From Myxococcota bacterium (GTDB lineage Bacteria > Myxococcota_A > UBA796 > GCA-2862545), in assembly GCA_039208735.1 (NCBI GenBank), contig JBCCQY010000015.1:26805-90804 (forward strand): a stretch of 64,000 bases of DNA. Reading direction: 5' to 3'. The number at the start of each line of letters is the position of its first letter. Position 1 is the first letter of the stretch. The translations under genes and the position numbers were made by a program. The notes beneath the pieces were generated by a model. It saw nothing but the letters and a program-made list of their open reading frames with translations, was not told the origin of the DNA and searched no databases. Of the stretch, positions 33,350-42,346 are shown one piece after another.

Positions 33350-35560
33350 TCAGCGGGGACTGAACAGGAACGGGTAGCTCACGATCACGATGCCCCCACC
33401 CTTGGGGGCCAAGAACTTGAGTCGGCGGAAGACTCCGACGAGGCAGCTCTCAACTTGGTCGTGGTTCAGCGTCGAGGACTTGATCGAGGCGGCGCTGACC
33501 GATCCGTCGGCAGCGATCGTGAACTTCACGACGACCTTGCCCGCAAGGGTATGGTTGCTCTGCAAGGAACGCTCGTAGCAGTAGCGGATCTTGTTCATGT
33601 TCCGCTTGATGACGTCGTCGACGGGCGAGCGGTCGAGTGAACCGAGAATGATGGGATCGGATCGGATCGCGCCCAAATTTCCGCCTCCGCCCACGCCGGA
33701 TCCTCGCAACCCCAGACCCCCTACGCCGGTGGCGGCGATGCCTGCGGTACCCGCCGGGAGCAGGGTCTCCACCTTCACCGGGAGGTTCGGACCGGTACGG
33801 TACCAGGGCGAATCGCCGCACGGCGACGGCGTGATGTCGGTCGCCACGAGGCTCGTGTAGGTCGAAACCAGGTGGTGCTCGAGGGCAATGGGCACCACAG
33901 TCGCCTTCTTTTGCTCCGATGTCGTCTCGAGATTGCGTTCCGCCTCGCGGATCGCTTCACGGGCCCAGTAGGTAGGCACCGCTTCGTGGGTTCGGATGGT
34001 GTGAGGGTCGAGCCAGACGTCGTAGGTGACCCGCTGCAGCCCTCGTCGTCCATGAACCTGAATCTTGGTCGGGACCACGGTGTCCGTTCGACCCACGATG
34101 CGCAGCGACTGGCCCGCGAAAAGGTCGGGAATCACGCTTGGCACTTGATCACGGATCACCAGGGATCCGAGGTCGAGTTCGATGTCGGTGAGCACGGGTG
34201 TGGCAATGCGGTCGGCAAACGCCTGGATGGGCTCTTCCACGGGGGTATCCAACAGGGCGTAGAGCGCATCGCCACGGCCATGAAACGCAAGCTCCTCGAT
34301 GAGGCCTCGATTCGGGCTCGAGCCGACACCGAGCGCGAAGATGCGGTCGTTGTCGGAGAGATGGTCGCGCGTGGTGTGGAACACCTCTTGGTCATTGCCG
34401 ATGTAGCCGTCCGTCAGCAGCAGCACGATCCGCAGGGCATCGGGATTCCCTGGCATCGTCAGGGCTTCGACGATGCCGGCTGTCATCTCGGTTCCCCCAC
34501 CCACGAACGCCTGCATCCACCCTTTGGCTTGGGCCCGATGGTCCCCTGTCGCAGGCTGGGGCGTGCTGAACAGTGCGCTCGAGGCGCTTGAGAACTTCAC
34601 GAGGTTGAAGGTGTCATCAGGACGCAGATCATCGATGGCTTCCTCCACCAACCGCACCGTCGCATCCCACGGCACGCCGTTCATCGAGCACGACGCATCC
34701 ATCACGAACACCAGCTCGCGCGGGGTGTGGACATCGATCGTGGCGAGCGGCGGGGGCTCGATGCGAATCGCGATGGTTGCGTCATCGGCAGGGTCGGGTC
34801 GGGCTACGAGCGCCGCCACCGACGGCGTTTTCGTCGCCAAGGACCACGCCACATGCACGTCTTTGTTGGGTACGTCGTCGCCGTCCGCCAAGGTGATGCG
34901 GGCGCCCGTGGGGGTGTCGGTGATGTCGATGGTGTGAGAGTCGGAGTAGATCGACCCCAGTGGCAGCCCTTCGTCGAGGGTCAGCGCAACGTCGATGCGC
35001 CGTCCAGCGTCGGGCCCGAACGGAGGCAGATCCAAGTCACGCGGATCGTAGCGTTCTCCCACCGTTGTAGGAAAGACCAATGACCAAACTTCGGCCTTTG
35101 GTTCCAGCGCCTCGACGTACTGGAGCGAGACCTCGACGACCTCTCCGGGACAGAGGCGTCCGACTTCCTGGGTGAACACGTCCGGTCGTTGCTGTTCGAG
35201 AAGTGCGGCCTTCCGCCCCTGCTGAACAGCTTGTTCGTAGGCTTTGCGCGCGGCCTCCTTCTCGTCGACGTGGGCGACGAGTTCGCGGTCCCCGCAGGTC
35301 AGGGTCATCGCGCGCACCGCAGCCCCGGGGGACAGCGGAAAGACATAGGTCGCATCCATGGGCACGTCGTAGGGATTGTGGAACGTCTGCCGAACATCCA
35401 CCACGGCCATGCCCCACTGCACCATCGCGTCGACGTCGGTGTGGAGCAAGACCAAGGGTCCTGCTTCCCCCAGCAGTCCAACCTCGGTTTGGGGGGACTT
35501 TGCCATCGCGGGTAGTGTGACCATAAAGGCCATCCACATCAGCACCATCCATCGCACCAT
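33350..35560 (-). CDS. Exported VIT + vWA protein with AgmX/PglI (TonB_C-like) C-terminal domain
   Basis: Signal peptide; VIT (QTFHNPY..DATYVFPL, EAARKAYEQA); vWA MIDAS DASCS and LLTDG; GLGLRGSGVGGGG linker; IRYCYE...GKVVVKFTI...VESCL...VSYPFLF. Confidence 0.88.
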   Translation of the reverse strand: MVRWMVLMWMAFMVTLPAMAKSPQTEVGLLGEAGPLVLLHTDVDAMVQWGMAVVDVRQTFHNPYDVPMDATYVFPLSPGAAVRAMTLTCGDRELVAHVDEKEAARKAYEQAVQQGRKAALLEQQRPDVFTQEVGRLCPGEVVEVSLQYVEALEPKAEVWSLVFPTTVGERYDPRDLDLPPFGPDAGRRIDVALTLDEGLPLGSIYSDSHTIDITDTPTGARITLADGDDVPNKDVHVAWSLATKTPSVAALVARPDPADDATIAIRIEPPPLATIDVHTPRELVFVMDASCSMNGVPWDATVRLVEEAIDDLRPDDTFNLVKFSSASSALFSTPQPATGDHRAQAKGWMQAFVGGGTEMTAGIVEALTMPGNPDALRIVLLLTDGYIGNDQEVFHTTRDHLSDNDRIFALGVGSSPNRGLIEELAFHGRGDALYALLDTPVEEPIQAFADRIATPVLTDIELDLGSLVIRDQVPSVIPDLFAGQSLRIVGRTDTVVPTKIQVHGRRGLQRVTYDVWLDPHTIRTHEAVPTYWAREAIREAERNLETTSEQKKATVVPIALEHHLVSTYTSLVATDITPSPCGDSPWYRTGPNLPVKVETLLPAGTAGIAATGVGGLGLRGSGVGGGGNLGAIRSDPIILGSLDRSPVDDVIKRNMNKIRYCYERSLQSNHTLAGKVVVKFTIAADGSVSAASIKSSTLNHDQVESCLVGVFRRLKFLAPKGGGIVIVSYPFLFSPR

Positions 35561-35619
35561 GACCACCTCCTGTTGGAGCGGTTGGTTGCCAACGTGGCGG
35601 GAGGGTTCGTCCGCGAAGC

Positions 35620-35645
35620 GTCAGGACCGTGTCAGTGCGATGTGA
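35620..35645. promoter_or_regulatory. Putative OmpR/PhoB-type tandem direct-repeat operator
   Basis: GTCA (35620), GTCA (35631) and GTGA (35642) at exact 11-bp spacing in a divergent intergenic region. Confidence 0.35.
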
Positions 35646-35682
35646 GGGGTGAAGACGTGGACAGTGCACTACAGAAGTCCCG

Positions 35683-36936
35683 ATGGAACTCTTCTGCGGA
35701 TCGTCTCCCGGCCCACAACCGGTGCCCCTCGGAGTTCCTCAACTCCGTGACGATCTACCTGGTTCACTCTGGATTCCCACGTCCGAACGTCACGGTTGGG
35801 CGCTCGTCAAGGGCGGGCAAGGCCCCGCCGACCTCAAACCGTTGGTGGGCTGGGTTCCCGAGGTCATCGGGCAATTGTTGGACCGCATTGACGACCCCGT
35901 AGCGCAAGATCTCTGGCAGACGTCCACCCCGAACGCTGCGGATGTGCTTGTCGACTGGTTGAGCGACCACCACCCCATCGTAGGGCGGGCCGTTCAAGCC
36001 CTCGTGGCCCGGTCACGAGACCCGATGCAAAGCGATTGGGTACCGCCGATCCATCCGCATTCGATCAATGGAAACCCGGTTTGGGGCTACCGAGCGGACG
36101 ATGCAGCGTGCCAACTTCGAGGGCTCAGCGAGGGGCCAGCCCTTCGTGCCACTCTGCCTGCGACCGATGACGCGCTGGTCGAAGTCTTGCTTCCGGCCCT
36201 CGGGGTCACGGACGTGGGCTACCACGTCATCGACGCGGACTACCTGAACGGCTTTCCTGCGGAGCAAGTTGAGACGCAACTCGCGAAGACCGCAGCACGC
36301 CCTGAGGGGTCCTTCGAGGAGGTGGTGAACCGACTGGCCACCCGCGCTTGGACAGGAGCGGAGCCCGGGGTTCGCTGGCTTGCGTGGATCGATGCGCTGG
36401 ACGACGCCCAACTGCGGAGGGCCGGACAAGCATTGAACATGGCCCACTGCGATTGGACGAACCCTCGCACTCAGGTGTGGCAAGCACTCGTCATGCAGCT
36501 GTTGGACGCGAATCGGACCGCGCAACAACGGGCCGACACCTTTGCTCGTCCTCCGCCGGTGTCAAAGGGCCACCTTTCGCTTTGGGAGACTCGCTTTCAG
36601 ATCCGGCTTCCCAATGCCCTTCGGTATTGGTTCACCCGGGTGAGCGACACCGTGGGCATACCGTTTTGGTATGACTACGACTTCCCGGCGTACTACCTCA
36701 CGATCGGCGCGCACACACCGGTACGAACTCAGAACAACGTCGACCTGTTTGTCGAACACGGACCGCGAATCCGCGAAGACGTCTGGACCTTGCGGCCCAA
36801 CGGACAGATTGTGCGGTTTGCCGACATTCGGCGCAGCAATCCGCGGCCTGTGGACGCACCGGCTTGTCTGGCGTTCCTGTACTTCGACGCGCTAGTCGGT
36901 CACGAGCTCCCAGGTCCGTGGATGGGCGAGTCGTAG
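35683..36936 (+). CDS. Hypothetical protein with C-terminal SMI1/KNR4 (SUKH)-like segment
   Basis: PPPVSKGHLSLWETRFQIRLPNALRYWF resembles the SUKH N-terminal motif (PPxSxxxIxxxExxxGxxLPxxYRxF). Confidence 0.55.
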   Translation: MELFCGSSPGPQPVPLGVPQLRDDLPGSLWIPTSERHGWALVKGGQGPADLKPLVGWVPEVIGQLLDRIDDPVAQDLWQTSTPNAADVLVDWLSDHHPIVGRAVQALVARSRDPMQSDWVPPIHPHSINGNPVWGYRADDAACQLRGLSEGPALRATLPATDDALVEVLLPALGVTDVGYHVIDADYLNGFPAEQVETQLAKTAARPEGSFEEVVNRLATRAWTGAEPGVRWLAWIDALDDAQLRRAGQALNMAHCDWTNPRTQVWQALVMQLLDANRTAQQRADTFARPPPVSKGHLSLWETRFQIRLPNALRYWFTRVSDTVGIPFWYDYDFPAYYLTIGAHTPVRTQNNVDLFVEHGPRIREDVWTLRPNGQIVRFADIRRSNPRPVDAPACLAFLYFDALVGHELPGPWMGES

Positions 36937-36943
36937 GCCTGGG

Positions 36944-38245
36944 TCACACGAAGAAGTGCTGCATCAACCGCACCATGGGGGCGTGGTCGTGGGTGCCGGC
37001 CTGCTCGCGGGCCGAGTGCATCGAGAGCATCGGGTTGCCGACATCGATGGCGGTGACACCGAGGCGCGCGGCGAGCATGGGACCAACCGTGCTGCCGCAG
37101 CGCAGGTCGGCTCGATTGACGAACACCTGCGGCGTGACATCGGCTCGCTCGCAAATCAACGCGAGTTCGGCGGTGCTCACGCCTTCGGTGGTGTAGCGGT
37201 GGCTGACGTTCTGCTTGATCACGGGGCCTGCGTTGAGGGCGGGCGCGTGATGGGCATCATGGCGGTCCGTGAATCCGGGATGGACGGCGTGTGCCATGTC
37301 AGCCGAAATGAGGCGACTGTGCGCAAGCGCGCGTGACAGGTCGCCGGGGCCTTGGACCTCGGCGTCGCGGAGCACGAGCCCGAGTAGTTGTTCAATGGAT
37401 CGAGAGTTCGCCCCGCGGGCGCTGACCGAGCCAACTTCCTCGTGATCGAACAGGGCGATGACCGATGTGTGAGCCGGGGTTGGGCTGTCGAGTGAGGCGA
37501 GGAGGGCTTCGAGAGCGGCGTGTGACGACCCCAGGTTGTCGAGACGTGCGGAAAACACGAACTCCTCGTCGAGTCCTCCCAAGGCTGGCTTCGTCAGGTC
37601 GAACAGCGACAGATCGAAGCCCAGAATGCCATCGGGGTCGACATCGAGTTCACTCGATAGCCAAGCCTTGAACGGGTCATCGCCTCGCTCTCCCTTGAGG
37701 CCAATCACGGCGGGCAGCTCGGTTTCCGCGTTGAACTTGAGGCCCTTCGTGTTGACCTCGCGGTTCAGGTGGATGGCGAGGGTGGGTACCCGGGCCACGG
37801 GGCGGCGGACGGTCAGCAGTTGACTGCGAAGCCCCGTGGGTGCGCTGGCATCGCGGATTTGCACGGCCCCTGCGATGCCGAGATCGCGGTCGGCCCAGGT
37901 TGCCACCTGGACCCCGCCGTAGACCTCAACGCCGAGCCGGACGTACCCAGCCTTCTCGTGCCAGGCGTGAGGTTTTAGACGCAGATTCGGAGAGTCCGTG
38001 TGGGCCGCGATGATCCGGAATCCCGCGTCAACGGCGGGCTCGGTTCCTACGCGAAACGCAAAAAGGGATCCTCCCTTGGCGACGTAGCCTTTGTGGCCCA
38101 CGGGGAGGGTGGACGGCCGATCGCCAAGGGATGTCTTGGTGAACCCGTGTTCCTCGAGGATCGTCGCCGTCTGGTGGACCGCATGGTCGGGGGTCGGCGA
38201 AGCATCGAGGTAATCGAGGAATCGCTGAATGAGAGGGTCGGCCAT
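36944..38245 (-). CDS. M18 family aminopeptidase (aspartyl aminopeptidase-like)
   Basis: SPTPDHAV, AHTDSP, DRDL, RLDNL, FDHEEVGS, SADMAHAVHP, CGSTVGP, SMHSARE. Confidence 0.92.
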   Translation of the reverse strand: MADPLIQRFLDYLDASPTPDHAVHQTATILEEHGFTKTSLGDRPSTLPVGHKGYVAKGGSLFAFRVGTEPAVDAGFRIIAAHTDSPNLRLKPHAWHEKAGYVRLGVEVYGGVQVATWADRDLGIAGAVQIRDASAPTGLRSQLLTVRRPVARVPTLAIHLNREVNTKGLKFNAETELPAVIGLKGERGDDPFKAWLSSELDVDPDGILGFDLSLFDLTKPALGGLDEEFVFSARLDNLGSSHAALEALLASLDSPTPAHTSVIALFDHEEVGSVSARGANSRSIEQLLGLVLRDAEVQGPGDLSRALAHSRLISADMAHAVHPGFTDRHDAHHAPALNAGPVIKQNVSHRYTTEGVSTAELALICERADVTPQVFVNRADLRCGSTVGPMLAARLGVTAIDVGNPMLSMHSAREQAGTHDHAPMVRLMQHFFV

Positions 38246-38399
38246 CACGGTCTCCGAGCGCAGCGGGTGATGGGGTTGCTTATCTTCGGGTGCATTTCAC
38301 CCCTTGCCGATCCGGACGGCGCGCACAGATCGGTTCGCGAACTCGCCATGGTCATTCGGACCTTAGGTCCACACCCTGGCCCCGATCGCGAGGAATCCG

Positions 38400-40277
38400 A
38401 TGACGACGACGTCACATGGTTTCAAGGCCGAGGTCCAACAGCTTCTCAACCTCATGATTCACTCGGTCTACTCAGACCGCGAGGTGTTCGTCCGCGAGCT
38501 GGTGAGCAACGCGGCCGATGCTCTCGACAAAGCCCGCTTCACAGGTCTGACGCGCAGCGACCTCACCGCGACAGCCCACGATGATCCGGCCATTCGGATC
38601 AGTGCCGATACCGAAGCCAAGACCCTCACCATCGAAGACGATGGTATCGGCATGACCCAGGAAGAGGTGGTCCAGAACCTGGGTACGATCGCCCATTCAG
38701 GAACCAAAGCGTTCATGGAGCAGGCGTCGGAAGGCGATGGGCCAAAGCTCATCGGCCAGTTTGGACTTGGCTTCTACTCGGCGTTTATGGTGGCTGAGAA
38801 GGTGGTCGTCGACACCCTGTCGGCCGAGCCTGGCTCCGAACCCGTTCGCTGGTCGAGCGCTGGCGAGGGGACCTACGAGGTGGAACCTGGCCAGCGCCAG
38901 CATCGTGGCACCACCATCATCCTGCACCTTCGGGAAGATGCGACCGAGTTCGGTCAGGATGATCGAATTCGTGGCATCGTGAAGCGCCACAGTGACTTTC
39001 TGCCTTGGCCCATCTTTGTGGGCGAAGAGCAAGCCAATTCGGGCAAGGCCCTTTGGGTTGAACCTCCCTCGCAAATCGAAGACGAAGACGCCAACCAGTT
39101 CTACAAGTCGATCACGATGGACTGGCAAGAGCCGGTTCGCCGGATCCATGTGTCGGTCGACTCGCCCATTCAGTACCACGCGATGCTGTTCATCCCTGGG
39201 TATCGGCCGTACTCCCTGTTTGATCCCACCGCGGCGAAGGGCCCTCGCTTGTACGCACGCCGCGTCATGATCGAAGAACACGCAAGCGATCTGTTTCCCG
39301 ACTGGCTCCGCTTCGTGCGGGGGGTCGTGGATTCGGAGGACATCGCGCTCAACGTCTCGCGCGAGATGGTTCAGAAGACGCCCATCGTCCGCAAGATTGG
39401 CGATGCTTTGACCAAACGCGTGCTCAAGGACTTGGGCAAGTGGGCGGAGGCCGAACCGGCTGAAGATACGCCCGAAAACACGACGTATCCTGCGTTTTGG
39501 CGGAACTTTGGGGTGCTCCTCAAGGAGGGGTACTACCACGGCGCTACGAACTGGGGCGAGCAGTTGTTACCGTTGCTCCGGTTTAATGCGCTGTCGCACG
39601 ACGATGCCGATGGACTGACTTCGCTGCAGCAGTATCGCGAGGCGATGCCGCCCACGCAGGAGACGATCTGGACGTTTGCGGCTGAATCTCGGGAGGCAGC
39701 GCTCGCGTCGCCTCACCTCGAGGTGTTCCGCAAGAAGGGCTTCGACGTGTTGTTGCTCACCGACCCGGTCGATGAGTGGCTCACGATGTCCCTCACCGAA
39801 TTCGACGGGATGCCCATCAAGTCGATCACGCGGGGCGAACTGGAACTCGACGACGAGGAGTCGTCGGAAGAGCAGGGTGAAAAGACCGACCTTACGGAGT
39901 TCTCTCCGTGGGTCAAGGAGCTGCTGGGCGATGCGGTGAGCGAAGTTCGCGAGTCTACGCGCCTGACCGATAGCGCGGTGGTGCTGGTCGATGCCGAAGA
40001 CGGGCTGTCGCGAAACATGGAGCGCGTGCTCGAACAGACCCAGCAAGGCACGCAAGGGCTCACGGCTCAACGGGTATTGGAGCTGAATGCGCGCCACCCC
40101 CTGATCAAGAATCTTGCGGCCCTAAAGGCCAACGGACAGGAGGATGCGGCCGCGGATCTGGCGCGAATGCTATATGACGAGGCGTTGTTGCTCGAAGGAT
40201 CCGTCAAGGAGCCCGCTGCAATGGGAAGACGTCTGCAGGATCTGCTCGTCAAGGCCTCCCAGGCGGCATTGGACTGA
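38400..40277 (+). CDS. htpG: Molecular chaperone HtpG (Hsp90)
   Basis: FKAEVQQLLNLMIHSVYS, RELVSNAADA, DDGIGM, NLGTIAHSGT, IGQFGLGFYSAF, LNVSRE. Confidence 0.96.
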   Translation: MTTTSHGFKAEVQQLLNLMIHSVYSDREVFVRELVSNAADALDKARFTGLTRSDLTATAHDDPAIRISADTEAKTLTIEDDGIGMTQEEVVQNLGTIAHSGTKAFMEQASEGDGPKLIGQFGLGFYSAFMVAEKVVVDTLSAEPGSEPVRWSSAGEGTYEVEPGQRQHRGTTIILHLREDATEFGQDDRIRGIVKRHSDFLPWPIFVGEEQANSGKALWVEPPSQIEDEDANQFYKSITMDWQEPVRRIHVSVDSPIQYHAMLFIPGYRPYSLFDPTAAKGPRLYARRVMIEEHASDLFPDWLRFVRGVVDSEDIALNVSREMVQKTPIVRKIGDALTKRVLKDLGKWAEAEPAEDTPENTTYPAFWRNFGVLLKEGYYHGATNWGEQLLPLLRFNALSHDDADGLTSLQQYREAMPPTQETIWTFAAESREAALASPHLEVFRKKGFDVLLLTDPVDEWLTMSLTEFDGMPIKSITRGELELDDEESSEEQGEKTDLTEFSPWVKELLGDAVSEVRESTRLTDSAVVLVDAEDGLSRNMERVLEQTQQGTQGLTAQRVLELNARHPLIKNLAALKANGQEDAAADLARMLYDEALLLEGSVKEPAAMGRRLQDLLVKASQAALD

Positions 40278-40307
40278 ACCTTCGGGCTTATGTGCACGAA
40301 GGTTTGA

Positions 40308-41213
40308 ATGATGCGAGTTGCTCTGTTCTTCGACGGCAAGAATCACATGAAGGATCTGCGGCGTTCTGTGCCCGACCGATGGTTGGACCACGGGGCGCTC
40401 GCCGAGTGGGTCACCGAACGCGTTGGTGGCTCGCAGTTTGTGGGGGCCTGGTACTACACCGGCGTGCCCACAGCGCAGGATGAACAGCAGGAACGTCACG
40501 CGCTGACCGACTTGCTCGAAGAACTCGAGCGACGACCGGGTTTTTATGTTCGCCGCTTCAATCGCCGGTCTACGACGCGAGACTGTCCGCATTGCCAACA
40601 GACCATCTCGTACACCGAAGAGAAGATGGTCGATACCTCACTGGTCGTTGACCTTGTGGTGTTGGGTCAACGCGATGCCTTTGATGTTGCGGTGGTGTTT
40701 TCGGGTGATGCAGACATCGCACCCGGGCTCGCCGCGGTTGCGGCCATGGGTAAACCCGCTTGGATCGCAACGTTTGGCGATCATGGATTGTCGCGAGGCT
40801 TGGTGAGGCAAGCCTGGTCTCACATCGATCTGCTCGAACATATCGATGCGTTCGCCTACCCAGAACTTCAAAATGGCGTTCGGCCCTCGATGGTTCCGCC
40901 GGCTCCGCACGAGGTGGACCGCGAAATCCTCCGCGAACTCAAGCGGGCGGAGGCCCACTTCCTCGCAGGAGGAGGCTTCGTCGGGGCGCATTACTTCATC
41001 CATCGGTGGAAGGGCCACGAGATTCCCGATGTACCAGAAGCCCGCCGGCAAGCGGTCCAGCGGCTCATGAACGATGGGCTTGTCGTGACGTACCAGGTGG
41101 ACGGAAAGACCGCGCTGCGCTCTGCGCAGGAGGCCGATGACACCACGGTCGAAATCGTCGACCCGACGATGGACATCGAGCCGAACGAGCACTCCGTCCC
41201 GGCGGAGCCGTAG
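40308..41213 (+). CDS. NYN (LabA/DUF88, PIN-like) domain protein with C-terminal winged-helix-like domain
   Basis: FFDGKN, EKMVD and SGDAD acidic motifs, CPHC insert, helical C-terminal domain ending in LMNDGLV. Confidence 0.85.
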   Translation: MMRVALFFDGKNHMKDLRRSVPDRWLDHGALAEWVTERVGGSQFVGAWYYTGVPTAQDEQQERHALTDLLEELERRPGFYVRRFNRRSTTRDCPHCQQTISYTEEKMVDTSLVVDLVVLGQRDAFDVAVVFSGDADIAPGLAAVAAMGKPAWIATFGDHGLSRGLVRQAWSHIDLLEHIDAFAYPELQNGVRPSMVPPAPHEVDREILRELKRAEAHFLAGGGFVGAHYFIHRWKGHEIPDVPEARRQAVQRLMNDGLVVTYQVDGKTALRSAQEADDTTVEIVDPTMDIEPNEHSVPAEP

Positions 41214-41244
41214 CGGCCTTCGCCGGAACGCGACGCAATAGAAG

Positions 41245-42339
41245 TCACCACCCCATCGCGGCGGCCGCCGCGATGGCACGGTCGATCGTCGCGATCAGGG
41301 CACTTTCGTCCAACGTGAGGTTGGTGACGTGGAGTCGCACGTCGTCTGCATTGAGTTTTGTCGTCTGCTCAAGGGAGAGCAGTTCGCGGCGTGCGTCTGG
41401 CGTGAGGAGATCGCGAATGCGGTCGGGGTCATAGCCTTTGACGACGAAGGCCCGATCGAACGCATCGTCACCGACCTCGATGTCTTGGGCCGTCGGATCA
41501 TCATCATCTGCGGCATGCAACTGCGGGTGCAGTTGTAGGCCCAGGTGGCGATGGGGCCGAAATCCAACGCGAAGCTCGGCGGCAAAGCCCTGCGAGGTGC
41601 GTACCGGCCACAAAAAGAGCCGGCGTCCATCGACCGCTCCCGTCGCCGCGGGGAATGCATCCTCGACGTCAAGGCCGTAGCGTGCGGCGAGTTGCCGCCA
41701 GACGGGGACAAAGGGCTCGAGGCGGCGAGGTGGCGGGAGGGCCCGGCGCGCTTCGACCAGTGTGGTGGAAAGCTCACGCAAGTCGCGCACGAGTTCCTGC
41801 AGTTCGGGAGTCGTCGAAAGGGGCCGAGGCATGTGCACTCGGACCGAACGGTCCGTCACGATGACGTTGCGCCATCGCTCGAGCATGGCGAGGAGTCGCA
41901 TCCGAACCGGACCATCCAGCCACTGCCGAATGATCTCGGGGTCGTCGCCTTGGACCTCGACCGCTTGGTCAAACTCGGGGTCGAGAAGCGGCACGGCGGG
42001 AGCCCTGGCCCGTCGCCATAAGCGCTCGGAGAGTCCTCGGGGACGCAACATGCAGCCCAGCGAAAGCGGTCGTTCGTGGTCGAGCACGGCCCAACACAGC
42101 ATGTGCCGGTCGACGCCGTAGCCGACCATCACTTCACCGACCCAAATGCGCTGCTCGCCCAAATGCCCACGCAATGACGCGCCTCGCGTGTCGACGGGAA
42201 GTCCCAAGGTCCGGGCTACCTCGTGATAGGCCTCCGCGACCGCGAGCTGTCGCCATCCCCGCTGGACCATCCACGCCCCGACGGTGACGGGGATGAGCGC
42301 GCCCAACGCCACGCAAAGCAACGCGGTGAGCGCGGTCAC
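41245..42339 (-). CDS. Hypothetical membrane-anchored protein with internally duplicated domain
   Basis: N-terminal TM helix and two similar halves (DPEFDQAVEVQGDDP versus DDAFDRAFVVKGYDP). Confidence 0.7.
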   Translation of the reverse strand: MTALTALLCVALGALIPVTVGAWMVQRGWRQLAVAEAYHEVARTLGLPVDTRGASLRGHLGEQRIWVGEVMVGYGVDRHMLCWAVLDHERPLSLGCMLRPRGLSERLWRRARAPAVPLLDPEFDQAVEVQGDDPEIIRQWLDGPVRMRLLAMLERWRNVIVTDRSVRVHMPRPLSTTPELQELVRDLRELSTTLVEARRALPPPRRLEPFVPVWRQLAARYGLDVEDAFPAATGAVDGRRLFLWPVRTSQGFAAELRVGFRPHRHLGLQLHPQLHAADDDDPTAQDIEVGDDAFDRAFVVKGYDPDRIRDLLTPDARRELLSLEQTTKLNADDVRLHVTNLTLDESALIATIDRAIAAAAAMGW

Positions 42340-42346
42340 AGGCTCC

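Noticed and set aside
38300..38332. Sigma32-like promoter (CTTG...CACAGAT) upstream of htpG
   Set aside because: Both boxes match only weakly; no CIRCE element either.
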